Shown here: positions 14,231-28,014 of the stretch, piece after piece
How the letters are laid out: every line of letters begins with the position of its first letter
Position numbering within the stretch: the stretch's first letter is position 1
Source: Octopus sinensis
Lineage: Eukaryota
DNA: 64,000 bases
Direction: 5' to 3'
Assembly (NCBI RefSeq): GCF_006345805.1
Contig: NC_042998.1
Coordinates: 191,642,001 to 191,706,000 of the forward strand
Program-made: the position numbers and the translations under genes
The notes under the pieces: model-generated
Database searches by the model: none
What the model was told of the DNA's origin: nothing
The model's input: only the letters and a program-made list of their open reading frames with translations

Positions 14231-15582
14231 ATTTTGTTCCTGCTAAGATGAAGGCGATGTTGGAAGCAAAGGGAAATTGTTTTCATAGGCCTCACTGGCA
14301 CTATTACTCCTGTTGCTGCTGCTGCTGCTGTTGTTGTTGTTGTTGTTGTTAAGGAACGAGAAGGGTAAGGGTGATTAGGTGATGGTCTAGGGCTTAGGGG
14401 CGGGAGACCCCAGATGTTGGGGAAAAAAAAACTTTGGTCGTCTTGTTGTAGTCGAGAGCTCTTCGTTGACGCCAGACACCACTGGGAGGTGGACCTCGAA
14501 GTCGCTGGAAATGGAGATCTTCAGGTCCAAATTCTTGAAGGGCTGCTGCTGCTGCTACAACAGTCGCTGTCTTTCACGACTTGGTTGTTCTCTCTTCCGG
14601 ACGGCCGGCTGGCTTCTCCTTTCAGTGGACGGACAATTCTCGTTCACTATTTTAGTGTTTTTTAGCAATAAAATGAAGGGTGACTTTGCCGAAACAAGCA
14701 CCAAAATAGCCCCTAAGGGCTATAGATGGAGAAGAACTAATCAGATCTCCAAGGTTCTGGTTACTTTAACTAAGTAATGATAACAAATGTACAATGTATA
14801 TTCGTGTATAAGAATATAACAACAATACTTACGGAGCAACACGTGTCGAGCGACGAACAACAACAACAATAATAATGTACAATATCAAACAAATGGGGAA
14901 AAAAAAAACATTAGAAGAAAGCTATTTTGATTTACTCGACATTTCGGAAATATTTTGAGCTGTAAATGTTGAAAATGTCTTACAGTTAAAAATTTCGTTT
15001 GACATTATTTTAAATACAATTTTTTTCTGATAAATTGTAATGTTGCTATGCAAATGTATTTGAGTGTTAATTGTTTCCGAGAGAGCACCCAATGTGGTAT
15101 TTGGATCGGATTTTAGCTCTGAGGATATTCTGTTCTGAAATAACATCTTTATTATTAATGAAATAACTAGCTACTGTTTGACGATTAAGCAATTAATTTT
15201 CGAGAAATAAATGAATGAGAAAGAAGCAGAATGTGCTTCCATTAAAAAAAAAAAGAAAAGAGAAACATAGCCTCTGGATTCAGAATTAATATATAAATTA
15301 TCCACACCTCAAACAGTAACTGTAATTACAATTATGTGTTGCTGAAAGAAATCATAACGATGCTTCTGCAAACACATCGGAATGCTGGAGAATTTTGTCG
15401 GAAGACTTCAGGCTCTGTTTCGTAAAGCATATTTTTTCTTAACAATTTCACAAATAAGCCGTCTCTGAGCAGATTTTGAAGTATGGAAATATATGTAATA
15501 TTTTAAAGGTGGTAAAGATATCCTGCAATTTGAGGTAAATTTCAACGGCCATCCCATATTCATTCAGTTTTATAGATGAGAG

Positions 15583-15832
15583 ATGACCCCCTTCGGTCAG
15601 ACACTGACCATGGGTTTGCACCTAGAGAGTTACCCTCTGAGGCACAAGTCTGGGCAAGGTTGTTTTATGGAAGACCAGCAGTCGCCCATGCATACCGGCC
15701 TCCCCTCTCCACGTCACCGATGTTGTCCAAGGGAAAGGCAAGGGCCGATACAGCTTGGCACCTGTGAGGTCGCAACTCATTTCTACAGTGAGTGAACTGG
15801 AGCAACGTGAAATAAAGTGTCTTGCTCAAGAG
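15583..15832 (-). mobile_element. Truncated SINE with RTE-like segment
   Basis: gagtgaactggagcaacgtgaaataaagtgtcttgctcaag core shared with 45890-45935; GC-rich RTE-UTR-like remainder. Confidence 0.55.
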
Positions 15833-16024
15833 TTATTCTATAATTAGCGTTGTCCATTGAGACCACACTGTGGATCTAAATGTATGTTAATCATGTAACA
15901 TTCGTTGAAACACCATTTTGAAGCATATTATTGAACTGTGCAAGGAGAAAAGCAATAAGTGAAGACTTAAACTTAGATTCAAAGTTACTGCATAAAAAAT
16001 ATATGAAGTGGAGAGGAATTGCTC

Positions 16025-16421
16025 TTTATTCTTTACTTTTTTACTTGTTTCAGTCAGTTGACTGGCCATGTTGGAGCACCGCCTTTAGTCGAGCAAATCG
16101 ACCCCATGACTTATTCTTTGTAAGCCTAGTACTTATTCTATCGGTCACTTTTGCCGAACCGCTCAGTTACGGGGACGTAAACACATCAGCATCGGTTGTC
16201 AAGCGATGTTGGGGGACAAAGACAGACACACAAACATACACACACATACACACACACACACATATATATATATACATATATACGACGGGCTTCTTTCAGT
16301 TTCCGTCTACCAAATCCACTATAGTAGAAGACACTTGCCCAAGGTGCCACACAGTGGGACTGAACCCGGAACCATGTGGTTGGTGAGCAAACTACTTACC
16401 ACACAGGCACTCCTACGCCTA
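16025..16421 (-). mobile_element. tRNA-derived SINE, family B (internal CA/TA microsatellite)
   Basis: Minus-strand head aggcgtaggagtgcctgtgtggtaag...ggttcagtcccactg, then ttgggcaagtgtcttctactatag; tail gactgaaacaagtaaaaag; several copies in the window. Confidence 0.9.
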
Positions 16422-17416
16422 TATTATTGAAATTTCATTCGAAATAGTAACGGTTTGGCAGTTACAGATAGCAGAATAGTGTTGAAGATATTAGTAGTTC
16501 AGGAGAATAGAAAATTATAATAACCATAGTAATGTCTTAGTGTTACATAGTGACATTAGTGTGATTATGTATACGTAGACTATACAAGCTTAATGTATTT
16601 TTACTTTTTTTTTAATAATGTGACTCGTTAACTCGGAGTTTTGGCCAGTGGAAGTTTTACAATAGCTTATCTTAAAATTTGATTTTCCATTCAGAACTGA
16701 AATGTATCATGCACTGAAATTGCCTTATCTAGAGCATAAATACGTTTGTTCATCTATTAATATATGGTAATATCTAATTATTTCAACTTGTGGAACAGAT
16801 AACGACTAATGCTCTGATAATGACTCTTAAACCAGAACCGCTTGAACCTTATACATCGATATTGTGAAAGAACTATAAATGTTAAGTATACATAATACGG
16901 ATTCGCATGGCTACGCTGTAACTAGGATACTGCAGCGGAAACTCGATTGAATTGTCAAATGTGAGATCATAACATTTATTTTTTATCCCTTTGGAAACAG
17001 AAATCAATTTTATAAATATTTGCAAAGACATAGGACACGTGAAACCAACAACCAGGATTGAATAAACAAAAGTATATAAATGCGCAAACAGGTTGCAACA
17101 GTTAAAACCATTCAGTCAGAGCTATAGATTCATGGCACAAGAAGCCAAATATTATTTCAGAAATATAATACGCGAATTATTTGTAATAGGCCAACCCACA
17201 TTTCCATATCTTCCTGTCTAATTGAGTTGTTTAAGAGCAAATATAATGAATATCAAAATATTAGATTATAGTTAATATAAAGTAATGCAAGCAGCAATTG
17301 TACTACATGTGCACACGGACAAACATTACACTTTTCTAAATTCATTACGACCAGACGTCAAATTACTACTAACTCCCAATACAATATAAAGTGAAACACA
17401 ATAACTAGAGTTACTT

Positions 17417-17476
<60 letters not shown>

Positions 17477-18476
17477 AGATCATGTTATATCGTTACATTT
17501 CTATCAACGAGAATGAACAATTCAAATTTACATTCAAGCAATATTACTCTCGTGGATTTAGCGGCCAAGTTCTTGCATTAGTATAGTCGTATCGTTAAGA
17601 ATAATTGATATGAACAACAATTTTTTTCGTAAGTAGAGAATTTGGCTGACTGTCCCAGTGTTGTATTACTCTCTGCGAAAAATGATTACAATTGTTATTC
17701 ATGTTGAGGTGAGTATTTCTTCTATCAATGAAGAAGTTTAATACACTACCCTTTATTATCCACTAGAACAGTTCAAAAGCTCAAACCATTCAACAATGAA
17801 TGTGACTGAAGAAACCGCAAATATACACATATTACCTTTACTCCATTCTCTATCATAAGCGATATATATGTATGAGTGTGTGTGTGCATGTGTGTAATAT
17901 ACATAGATTTATCATACACTATTATCAATGTTACGGTTAATTAATTAATTAGATGACATAGGACTTGAAAGCTTTGTAATTAGTATGCCGTGAAGTCGTT
18001 CATATATTCGAATGCTCACATTAGTAGACATCGTATATTGTACGGAATTTAAAGATTCAAGAGAGATTCGTAAAACTGTCGGTGTCGTTAGAAACCATAA
18101 TCAGAATTACCAGTTTTATAGTATAGCTTCGGAACAATATTCTCGACGGCTGATTGTATATTAAAAAGGATAGGCATTTATACGTATTAGAGTTTTAGAC
18201 GCAGGATCTCAGGAGGGAATGGTGTAGCCATAATTTATAAATATCTCTTAACATATCATAGGAATATGTAATTTTATGTACATATATTATATGCTTACAT
18301 CTCCACTCTTATTTTAGCAGAGTGTGTATTGTTGATGATTTTCCGGCATTTTGGTGTGTTGTTAATTAAGGATTTAAATGTAACTATGGAATGTTTAAAG
18401 ATTATTTTACGAATGTTCGCTTCTTTTTCCAAGAAATTTAAATGTCTTATGCTTTTGCATATATATATATATATAC

Positions 18477-18544
<68 letters not shown>

Positions 18545-18687
18545 ATATATTATATATATACATATTATATATATATATATATACATATTATATATATATA
18601 TATATATATATATTATAAATATATTATATATATATATACATATACATACATATATATATATACACACACACATATATATTATATATA

Positions 18688-18718
<31 letters not shown>

Positions 18719-19319
18719 ATATATATATACATATGTGTGTGCGCACGCGCGTGTGTAGGTATGTGTCCATGTGCATGCACGCACATACACACGTACGCAC
18801 TTATAGGTGCATAGTTATCCGCCTTGAATAGTAGACCCGGATGTCTGACCTATAGAATTACTATTATAGAGGTTGTAACTTGCATGTGTATATTTGAACT
18901 TGTGTAATGTATTGGAAACAATCAATGATCTCTCATGTATGCTAATAAGGGAGTGGTATTTCATATCGCTATGTCCTTGACATTCATATTTTGGTTGAAA
19001 CTAATTATAGAATGTAAATCATCAAGAAAAAAGAAACATGTTTTTACAATGGAATATGGTCATGTGCTAGAATTAGCATGGGCATATTTACTAGGTATTA
19101 TTTATCTGCTAGAATTAGCAGCTCATTTTATGACTTCAAATTTTGAAAAAGGGAGGTCACAATCAATGGATATATCTAAATGTAATATATGTAGAAATAA
19201 ATTGGATTGATCACGGCAGGAATGTCTCTGATCTTAGTTCTGCTTGAAACTAAAAATAAAAAATTCAAAAACACTTTTTGGCTATATTCTGAAGAGTTTT
19301 CTAAGAGTTACATGAAGAT

Positions 19320-19560
19320 ATGACATTCTACGTAAAGGAAGATTCTTTACCAAAGCGCAAGGACGGTGGGTTGAGTAAGTGATGCGCATGGAAGACACTC
19401 GCTTACCTAAAACCTTCTTCTATTGCCAGCTTAGCTCTGGTTCTATGCACCAAGGCTGCTGTGCCTACAGCTACGTTATAAGGATTCTCTAAAGACTTCC
19501 ATGAAGACCTGCAACTTAAAAACTGAAGACAAAATAATCTGAAGCACTGAACACAGCCAA
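19320..19560 (+). mobile_element. RTE-clade LINE 3' fragment
   Basis: Translates KAQGRWVE*VMRMEDTRLPKTFFYCQLSSG and YKDSLKTSMKTCN, typical of the RTE C-terminus. Confidence 0.7.
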
Positions 19561-19899
19561 ATAAAGAAGCTCTTGCTATGAAGCCATATCTAAATATCCT
19601 TTGTGATATGTTTGGAACGATAACCTTCCTAATTTCATTAACATACCACAATTATACAGACGCACACATCCAAACTCCACAAACCGAGGCCCATTTAACT
19701 AAAGAAATGCACGTGTTCAAAAAGTATCCAACCTTTCCCCACAAAACCTAATGCAGCATGGGTAAAATCCTTTGGGTGGGAGGTGACACTACCCATCCTA
19801 GATACGCATGTGTATTTGTAATTCATTTTATTTTTTTCTTTTATTCGTTTCAGCTATGCAGCTGCGGTCAGGCTGGAACACCACCGTGATTTTGCACCA

Positions 19900-20140
19900 T
19901 GACTTGTGATTTCGGTATTTCACATCACCACGCTTGTATGTGGCTTGGTCCCGGCTGTTGGCCGATTTAGTTTATGAGGGAGTTTAACTCCACTGCCCTC
20001 GTCTGTACACATGTCGGGATGTCGGTTCATTCGGTATTGTGGAGAGGAGAATCTCTAGCTGATTTTTGAAGGCATCTACGTCCACATTGTGTAGGTTTAT
20101 TAATTTTTGTGTGACGGCATTGAAGAGCTATAGGCCTCTG
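19900..20140 (-). mobile_element. CR1/L2-type LINE 3' fragment
   Basis: Minus-strand LFNAVTQKLINLHNVDVDAFKNQLEILLSTIPNEPT. Confidence 0.65.
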
Positions 20141-20507
20141 TATATTTTGTGTGTGTGTGTGTGTGTTTGCGTCCGTATGTATTTTTCTGTGTGTTTGGGG
20201 AGTGGCTGTTGGAATATCTGCGAAATTTGATTTTTTTAGGCCAAATTTTTGATTTACAGAAATGTGCGTAAATGACGATGTCTACGCCTTTGAAACTGTT
20301 AGAAGTAAGTTTCTTGGGAAATTGTGATTATATCGTATATGCTTAAATATTTAATTTTGCCTTCTCACATCTGTACATGGCTAAGTAGATATTCGATCAC
20401 TACATCATATAATCGAACAATATCGAACTGTTTATTTTCTACCTGTATTCCTTCTTAAACTACTTCCAAACATACGTCCGTGCATATGTATATTTATATG
20501 TCCATGT

Positions 20508-20509
20508 AC

Positions 20510-20541
<32 letters not shown>

Positions 20542-20598
20542 CATCATCATCACCATCACCATCATCACCATCACCATCATCATCATCATCACCATCAC

Positions 20599-20644
<46 letters not shown>

Positions 20645-20662
20645 TTCATCATCATCATCATT
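20508..20662. repeat. (CAT/CAC)n trinucleotide microsatellite
   Basis: Direct inspection. Confidence 0.95.
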
Positions 20663-20897
20663 ATATCATAAATTATGATAATACTAATTTTTCTTGCCAT
20701 TACAGGTATAGGACCTGACATTTTGGGCAAGTGGTGATAGTCAGGGACCAACTTGCACGTATTTTATCGACCCCGAAAAGGATGAAATACAAGGTCAAAC
20801 ACGCTGGAATTTAAACTAAGAATATAAAGACGGACGAAAAGCAGGTAAGCATTTGTGCGGCCTGCAAACGATTCTGCAAGCTCACCGACACAAACTC

Positions 20898-21308
20898 TCT
20901 TTTTACTCTTTTACTCTTTTACTTGTTTCAGTTATTTGACTGCGGCCATGCTGGAGCACCGCCTTTAGTCGAGCAAATCGACCCCGGGGCTTATTCTTTG
21001 TAAGCCCAGTACTTATTCTATCGGTCTCTTTTGCCGAACCGCTAAGTAACGGGGACGTAAACACACCAGCATCGGTTGTCAAGCAATGCTAGGGGGACAA
21101 ACACAGACACACAAACACACACAAACATATATATATATATATACATATATACGACAGGCTTCTTTCAGTTTCTCTCTACCAAATCCACTCACAAGGCATT
21201 GGTCGGCCCGGGGCTATAGCAGAAGACACTTGCCCGAGATGCCACGCAGTGGGACTGAACCCGGAACCATGTGGTTGGTTAGCAAGTTACTTACCACACA
21301 GCCACTCA
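20898..21308 (-). mobile_element. SINE family B, nested among degenerate family A fragments (20700-20890, 21310-21525)
   Basis: Close match to the 16025 and 46322 copies. Confidence 0.9.
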
Positions 21309-21825
21309 TAATTTCAAATTTTAGTACAAGGCCAGCGATTTCAGTAAAAGGGTTAAATCGATTACATCGACCCCAGTGCTCAACTGGTGCTTATTTTATC
21401 GAGGGATGAAAGGTGAAGTTGACAAATTTGACGCCGGCAGTGTTTGAACTTGACTGTAATGACGGACGAAATCCTGCTAAGCCTTTTGCCCGGAGTGTTA
21501 TCGATGCTACCAGCTTACCACTTTAACTATACAAGCGATAAAGTTAATATGTATGTATGTGTATGAATGCATACATACATACATATATATTTGTGTGTGT
21601 AGGCGCGCACACACACAGATTTGCATTTGTACGAGTGTATATAGCGTGAATTTACACAAATACATTTAGATATGTACCCATTACTGGAAAGATGAACACT
21701 TCCAATTTGATACATAACCAGATAGAGCGAGACATTCAATTATAGATAGATATAGTTGTAGTTAGACAGATACATTCCAAGATAACTAGCCTTATAGATT
21801 CGGTGAGAAATTAGCGCAGAGCTTA

Positions 21826-21985
<160 letters not shown>

Positions 21986-23411
21986 GTGTGCCTGTATATA
22001 TATATGTTTGCACTTATATACATAAATATGCATTCATATATATATTTTGATCGATAGATAGATAGATAGACTGACACATATTTACGTATACATGCATACA
22101 TACATAAACATACACACACACACACATGTATATTCATCTATTTCCACTTACGTCTATGTATATATTTTATTCCTTTTCCGTTAATTTCTGTCTGAATCTA
22201 TTAGTTTATTTATCTTTCTTTATATCTGTGTAACAATAACTATATTTATCAATAAATGAATATCTAAAATATACAGATACATAAATACATGCTTACATAC
22301 AAACATACATACCTACGTACATACATACATACATACATACATACATACATACATACACACATACTTCCTTAAGTGCGTCCATATATACATAAACAGATAG
22401 TTCGATAACCGATCGATATTTCGATGGATGGATGTTTTTTTTTTCTTCTCATCTATATCTGTACATTCCTTAAATGATTTGTCTAATCTTGAATTCATTA
22501 AGGAAATTTAATTTAGTCGTTACAAAATAATTAGGTCATTGGTTAAATGTACTTTCAGGTTTTGAAATAGTGGTTCCGTCCAAAAATCATTGCTTAGCGA
22601 ATAGTGCTTGCTTGTTGTATGCGGCTGTGACAGAGCTAACTGGCTAATATTAGTTCTATCACTCATATCGATGCTTTCTATTGAATCGTTGCTAGTTAGT
22701 TGTATACACTTTGACCGACATGGCATATATTTTCTTTCGGAATTTGATAAATCAATAAAGTATATAAAAAGAAAAGACGTTGAAAACCGTGTAACTAACT
22801 GAAATACATGTCCTAACAACATTTCACACTAATTCAGCCGGTATCCCAAGAGGGTTTGCGTAATTCTGTAAGAAATCTGACCCATTTTCATAGATTTAAT
22901 TTATCTATAGAAATGACTCTGTTTGTTTTTGCCTTCAGCTGATAATAGAAGCCAAGCGATATAAAGATTTGAGTTTGTTAAAACATATAAACCATCAAAG
23001 AAGCATGCTTACTGCTACCACAGAAACGATGATGACCTCTGAAAAATGACATGACATTCATTGTACTAGATCGATAGAGAGGGAGCGAAAGGTGGAGAGC
23101 AACCAGGCACAGTAGTACTGACAAAATAACGAGCAAACTTGTTTGAAAATATCGAGTGCATTATACACAACACGCAAACATGATGATAATAGCATACTAT
23201 ATATCAAAACAGAGTTGGTAGATCCACTCGAAACACAAGCAATATGACAATCGAATTTGTGTGAAGTACAATGTTGGGTGGATCCACTTATAAAATACAC
23301 AACGTGACTCATGTATGTATAACAGCATAGTGGTAGAGGCACTATATGGAAGAAAAGGCAAAATGTGTGTGCGAAAAAAAAACATAAACCTTTCTGTCTG
23401 TCTGTCTATCC

Positions 23412-23467
<56 letters not shown>

Positions 23468-23488
23468 GTCTATCTATCTATCTATCTA

Positions 23489-23570
<82 letters not shown>

Positions 23571-23584
23571 CGTCCGTATGTCTG

Positions 23585-23627
<43 letters not shown>

Positions 23628-23701
23628 CTCTATATCTATCTATCTATCTATCTATCTACCTATCTATCTATCACGTTTTCTTTCTTTCTCTCTCTCTCTC
23701 A

Positions 23702-23789
<88 letters not shown>

Positions 23790-23948
23790 CGAGAAAGAAG
23801 CAACAAGAATGGATAGGTTTTTAGTACAATCGTTTCATACAAGGACAGGTTTTATTAAAAGTTGTAAAAATTACAACTTTTAATAAAGCCTGTCCTTGTA
23901 TGAAACGATTGTACTAAAAACCTATCCATTCTTGTTGCTTCTTTCTCG
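23790..23948. repeat. Near-perfect palindrome, 78-bp arms and 3-nt loop
   Basis: 23790-23867 is the reverse complement of 23871-23948 with one mismatch. Confidence 0.97.
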
Positions 23949-24504
23949 CTTATAATCACCCCACATTACTGTATTGTTAAAACAGTATAGTTTTTTTGGT
24001 GCATCTAAGTTAGGTACCATATTCAAGTAAATTCATTTAAATTAACTTGAATCTTTATTGCTTTTTATATATATATATATGTATGTATATATATATATAT
24101 GTATATATATATGTATATATATGTATATATATGTATATATATCTATATACTCACATATCTATATACATACATGCATTTATACATCCACGTGCGCGCATAC
24201 ACATACACATACACACACACGTACATACACACACACATACGCACACACACATACACACCTAGGTGTTACTCAGGCACTCAACAATGAGCTTACTGCATTG
24301 TATAGTGGAAACAGCTGGGAGCTAATGAAGATCATGAGATAATTGTTTATTCCTTTGTCGACTCTTTTCTTACATAAATGTATGTATGGATGTAAGTATG
24401 TATCTATCTATCTATCTTTCTACCTATACACAAACACACATGCATATATATATATATATTTATATATTATACAATGCGAAAAGACACGGGCACGACAAAA
24501 ACGC

Positions 24505-24722
24505 TTTTACTCTTTACTCTCTCACAGTTACTCTTTTACTTGTTTCAGTCATTTGACTGTGGCCATGCTGGAGCACCGCCTTTAGTCGAGCAAATCGAAC
24601 CCTAGTACTTATTCTTTGTAAGCCCAGTACTTATTCTATCGGTCTCTTTTGCCGAACCGTTAAGTCACGGGGACGTAAACACACCAGCATCGGTTGTCAA
24701 GCAATGCTTGGGGGGACAAACA
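24505..24722 (-). mobile_element. SINE family B, 3' half only
   Basis: Matches the 3' part of the 20898 copy and stops before the internal microsatellite. Confidence 0.85.
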
Positions 24723-24973
24723 AAGTTATTCACAATAAATGAAGTTAAAAAAAAGTTTTGACGTGATTTACTCAACAAAATCACAAATCAAATGGAATAT
24801 GTGTGTATATAAATTAGAAACTGAAGAACATGTTGTTTGAATGAAGGGCTGATAAATATTCTAGAAAATATTAAAATTAAATACATCATCATACAAAATA
24901 TAATGGTTGAACATTCTCCATCGTAGATCCGGGGTGGTATATGCTCTTTCCGTGCTTCCATGCCTATAGAAAG

Positions 24974-25014
<41 letters not shown>

Positions 25015-25284
25015 CATTTATGCATATATATATATACTCACACAGACTCACATATCCATACACATATATACATACATACACATATATACATACATACACA
25101 TATATGTATATATATATACATACATACATATATACATACATACACACATACATACATACATAGATACATATATATATACATACATATATACATACATACA
25201 TACATACATACATACGTACATACATACATACATGCATACATACATGCATACATACATACATACATACATACACACATACATACA

Positions 25285-25315
<31 letters not shown>

Positions 25316-25603
25316 GCACACGCGGTTGTGTGGCTTCAGAATATTTTAATTAATTCATAGCAAAAAAAATAAATGCTAGTACAATCTTTAGAGTGTCAGA
25401 AGAAATGATTTGTGCTCTAACTTCTGAGTTCAAATTTCATTGCTGTCGATTTTTCCTTTCATATTTGCACAGCACGATAAAGTACATTTGTACCAGTAGG
25501 AGTACTGGGGTCCAACAGCATCGCCAGAACACGTCCTCGAAATCATCGTTGGGACTTTTATCTCAGAAACTATAAATTTTTTTAAAATTGATAACGAACG
25601 TGT

Positions 25604-25661
25604 TTATGCTTCCGATACCCAACAACGATGACAACGACAAAGTTGTTGTTGATGGTGATGG

Positions 25662-25756
<95 letters not shown>

Positions 25757-25760
25757 GTGG

Positions 25761-25799
<39 letters not shown>

Positions 25800-25895
25800 C
25801 CACGAGGATGATGACCACGAGGATGGTGATGATGATGATGATGATGATAGTGGTGATGATGATAGTGATGATGATGATGATGATGGTGATGATGG

Positions 25896-25928
<33 letters not shown>

Positions 25929-25975
25929 CGATGATGACGACGATGAAGATGATGATGATGATGACGATGATGGTT

Positions 25976-26022
<47 letters not shown>

Positions 26023-26409
26023 GATGATGATGATGGTGATGGTGATGATGATGATGATGATGATGATGATTGTGATGATGATGCCGACGACGACAATGAT
26101 AGTGATAACGATGAGGATAACGATGACGACGACGACGACGATGATGATGATGACGACTATGATGAAGATGGCGACGATGATGATGTCGATGATGATGTCG
26201 ATGACGATGATGACGACGATGTGCTGGAAGACTTCTGATGACGGCAACGACGAAGACAGGAAGCAGCAACACATTTAAAAGCNNNNNNNNNNNNNNNNNN
26301 NNNNNNNNNNNNNNNNNNNNNNNNNNNNNNNNNNNNNNNNNNNNNNNNNNNNNNNNNNNNNNNNNNNNNNNNNNNNNNNNNNAGATGAGCCGATGTTCAA
26401 CCATAACAT
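25604..26409 (-). CDS. Candidate exon: signal-peptide-like N-terminus plus His/Arg-rich tract (spans assembly gap)
   Basis: aaaccATG at 26409 gives MLWLNIGSS; after the gap one frame reads LLNVLLLPVFVVAVIRSLPAHRRHHRHRHHH...; frame across the gap is unknown. Confidence 0.25.
25626..26225. repeat. About 600-bp (GAT/GAC/GGT)n trinucleotide repeat, open in several frames
   Basis: Direct inspection; poly-D and poly-M on +, poly-H and poly-I on -. Confidence 0.95.
26283..26382. other. Assembly gap (100 N, true size unknown)
   Basis: Run of 100 N. Confidence 0.99.
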
Positions 26410-27092
26410 GGTTTTTTTTTTCACTGAAAATTAATATTTTTTTCGATACATTTATTTTCAGAACCAGAAGTCACATGTAAATGTGCGAAAAATAAAGGAA
26501 AGAAGAAAAGAGAAAAAAACGACAAAAATACATGAGAGTAATCGATAATAAAAAAATGAAAAGATGTACGGTAAAAAAAAAAAAAGTATTACATCGAGAA
26601 ATCAGTGATGAACAGGAAATTATATAAGGATCTGCGTAAATAATAATGTCACAACTTGCAACCACCTGTGTTTTGTTTCGTTTTTTCAAGTCAATTTATA
26701 ACTAAATCGACAATAAAGACAACTAAATTCCCGATATATCTAGGTTCAGTTTCTGAAAGATTTCTTGGTAGAGAGTCACAGAAAGAATGAAGAAATATAA
26801 ATTCTAGCATACGTTAAACTGCAAACTGCAGTCACAGCAACAGTGATTCGTATGTTTAGCATCATTTGTTGAAGCAGCAGTAGTAGTGGTAGTAGTAGTA
26901 ATAGTAGTAGTATCAGTAGTAGTAGTAGTAGTAGTGGCTCTTGTTGCTGCTGTTGATGCTTATTATGACGTTATTGTGACAAGCAGCGACAATGCATTTT
27001 TTTTTTTTTTTTAGATAAAGGAACAAATACGTTTTTGTAAAGATCGAGATGGGGTTTCCAAAAGATCCGGCTTTTACGGCTCTCTAGATGCA

Positions 27093-27126
<34 letters not shown>

Positions 27127-27346
27127 GAGAACCTGAGCTTCATCATCCTCGTCGTCATCTTCCTCGTCATCGTCATCGTCATCGTCATCGTCGTCGTCGT
27201 AACGTCATTACTGTCGCCATCGTCATCATCATCATCATCATCATCATGGTTGTCATCGTTGTCGGAGTCAGCTGCAACATTATAGTCGCAAATAAGTGAC
27301 TAGCTCGCAATCAGAACAGCAGCGACTGTAGTAGTAGTAGTAGTAT

Positions 27347-27378
<32 letters not shown>

Positions 27379-27897
27379 TAGTAGTAGTAGAGATATTGTT
27401 GTTTAATATTGCTTACTCCCCCAATCCCCTATTCCTGTAAATTCTTCTGATTTTCGGGTGAATGGCCCTGGATATTTAACTGCTGCTGCTGCTGCTGCGG
27501 TGCTACTGCTGCTGCTTGGCACTGAATGGGGTTTGTACAATATAAAGGGTGCTTTGGTGATTACAGTGGAAGGACGGACAGAGGAAACACGTACACCTGG
27601 AATATTAAAAGCCAATGTTATGGTTGTGTGTGCTGTACATCTATCTATATAGCGACGAAAGATACATATATATATATATATATATATTTATGTATAATAT
27701 AGCTATATATATATATAGATATATATATATATTATATTTATATATATTATATATGTAATTACTATATATAATATTATATATGTATTATAATATATATATA
27801 TATCTATTATATATATTATATATTATGATAGTGTATATAGTATATATATTAATATGTAATATTATATATATTAATTTATATTATATATATATTATAG

Positions 27898-27951
<54 letters not shown>

Positions 27952-27980
27952 ATATATATATTATATATATATATAATATA

Positions 27981-28014
<34 letters not shown>

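Noticed and set aside
17640-17715. Consensus donor GAG|GTGAGT
   Set aside because: No convincing upstream coding exon; expected by chance
27541-27547. TATAAAG box on the + strand
   Set aside because: No well-spaced initiator or downstream exon; the motif is common in AT-rich DNA
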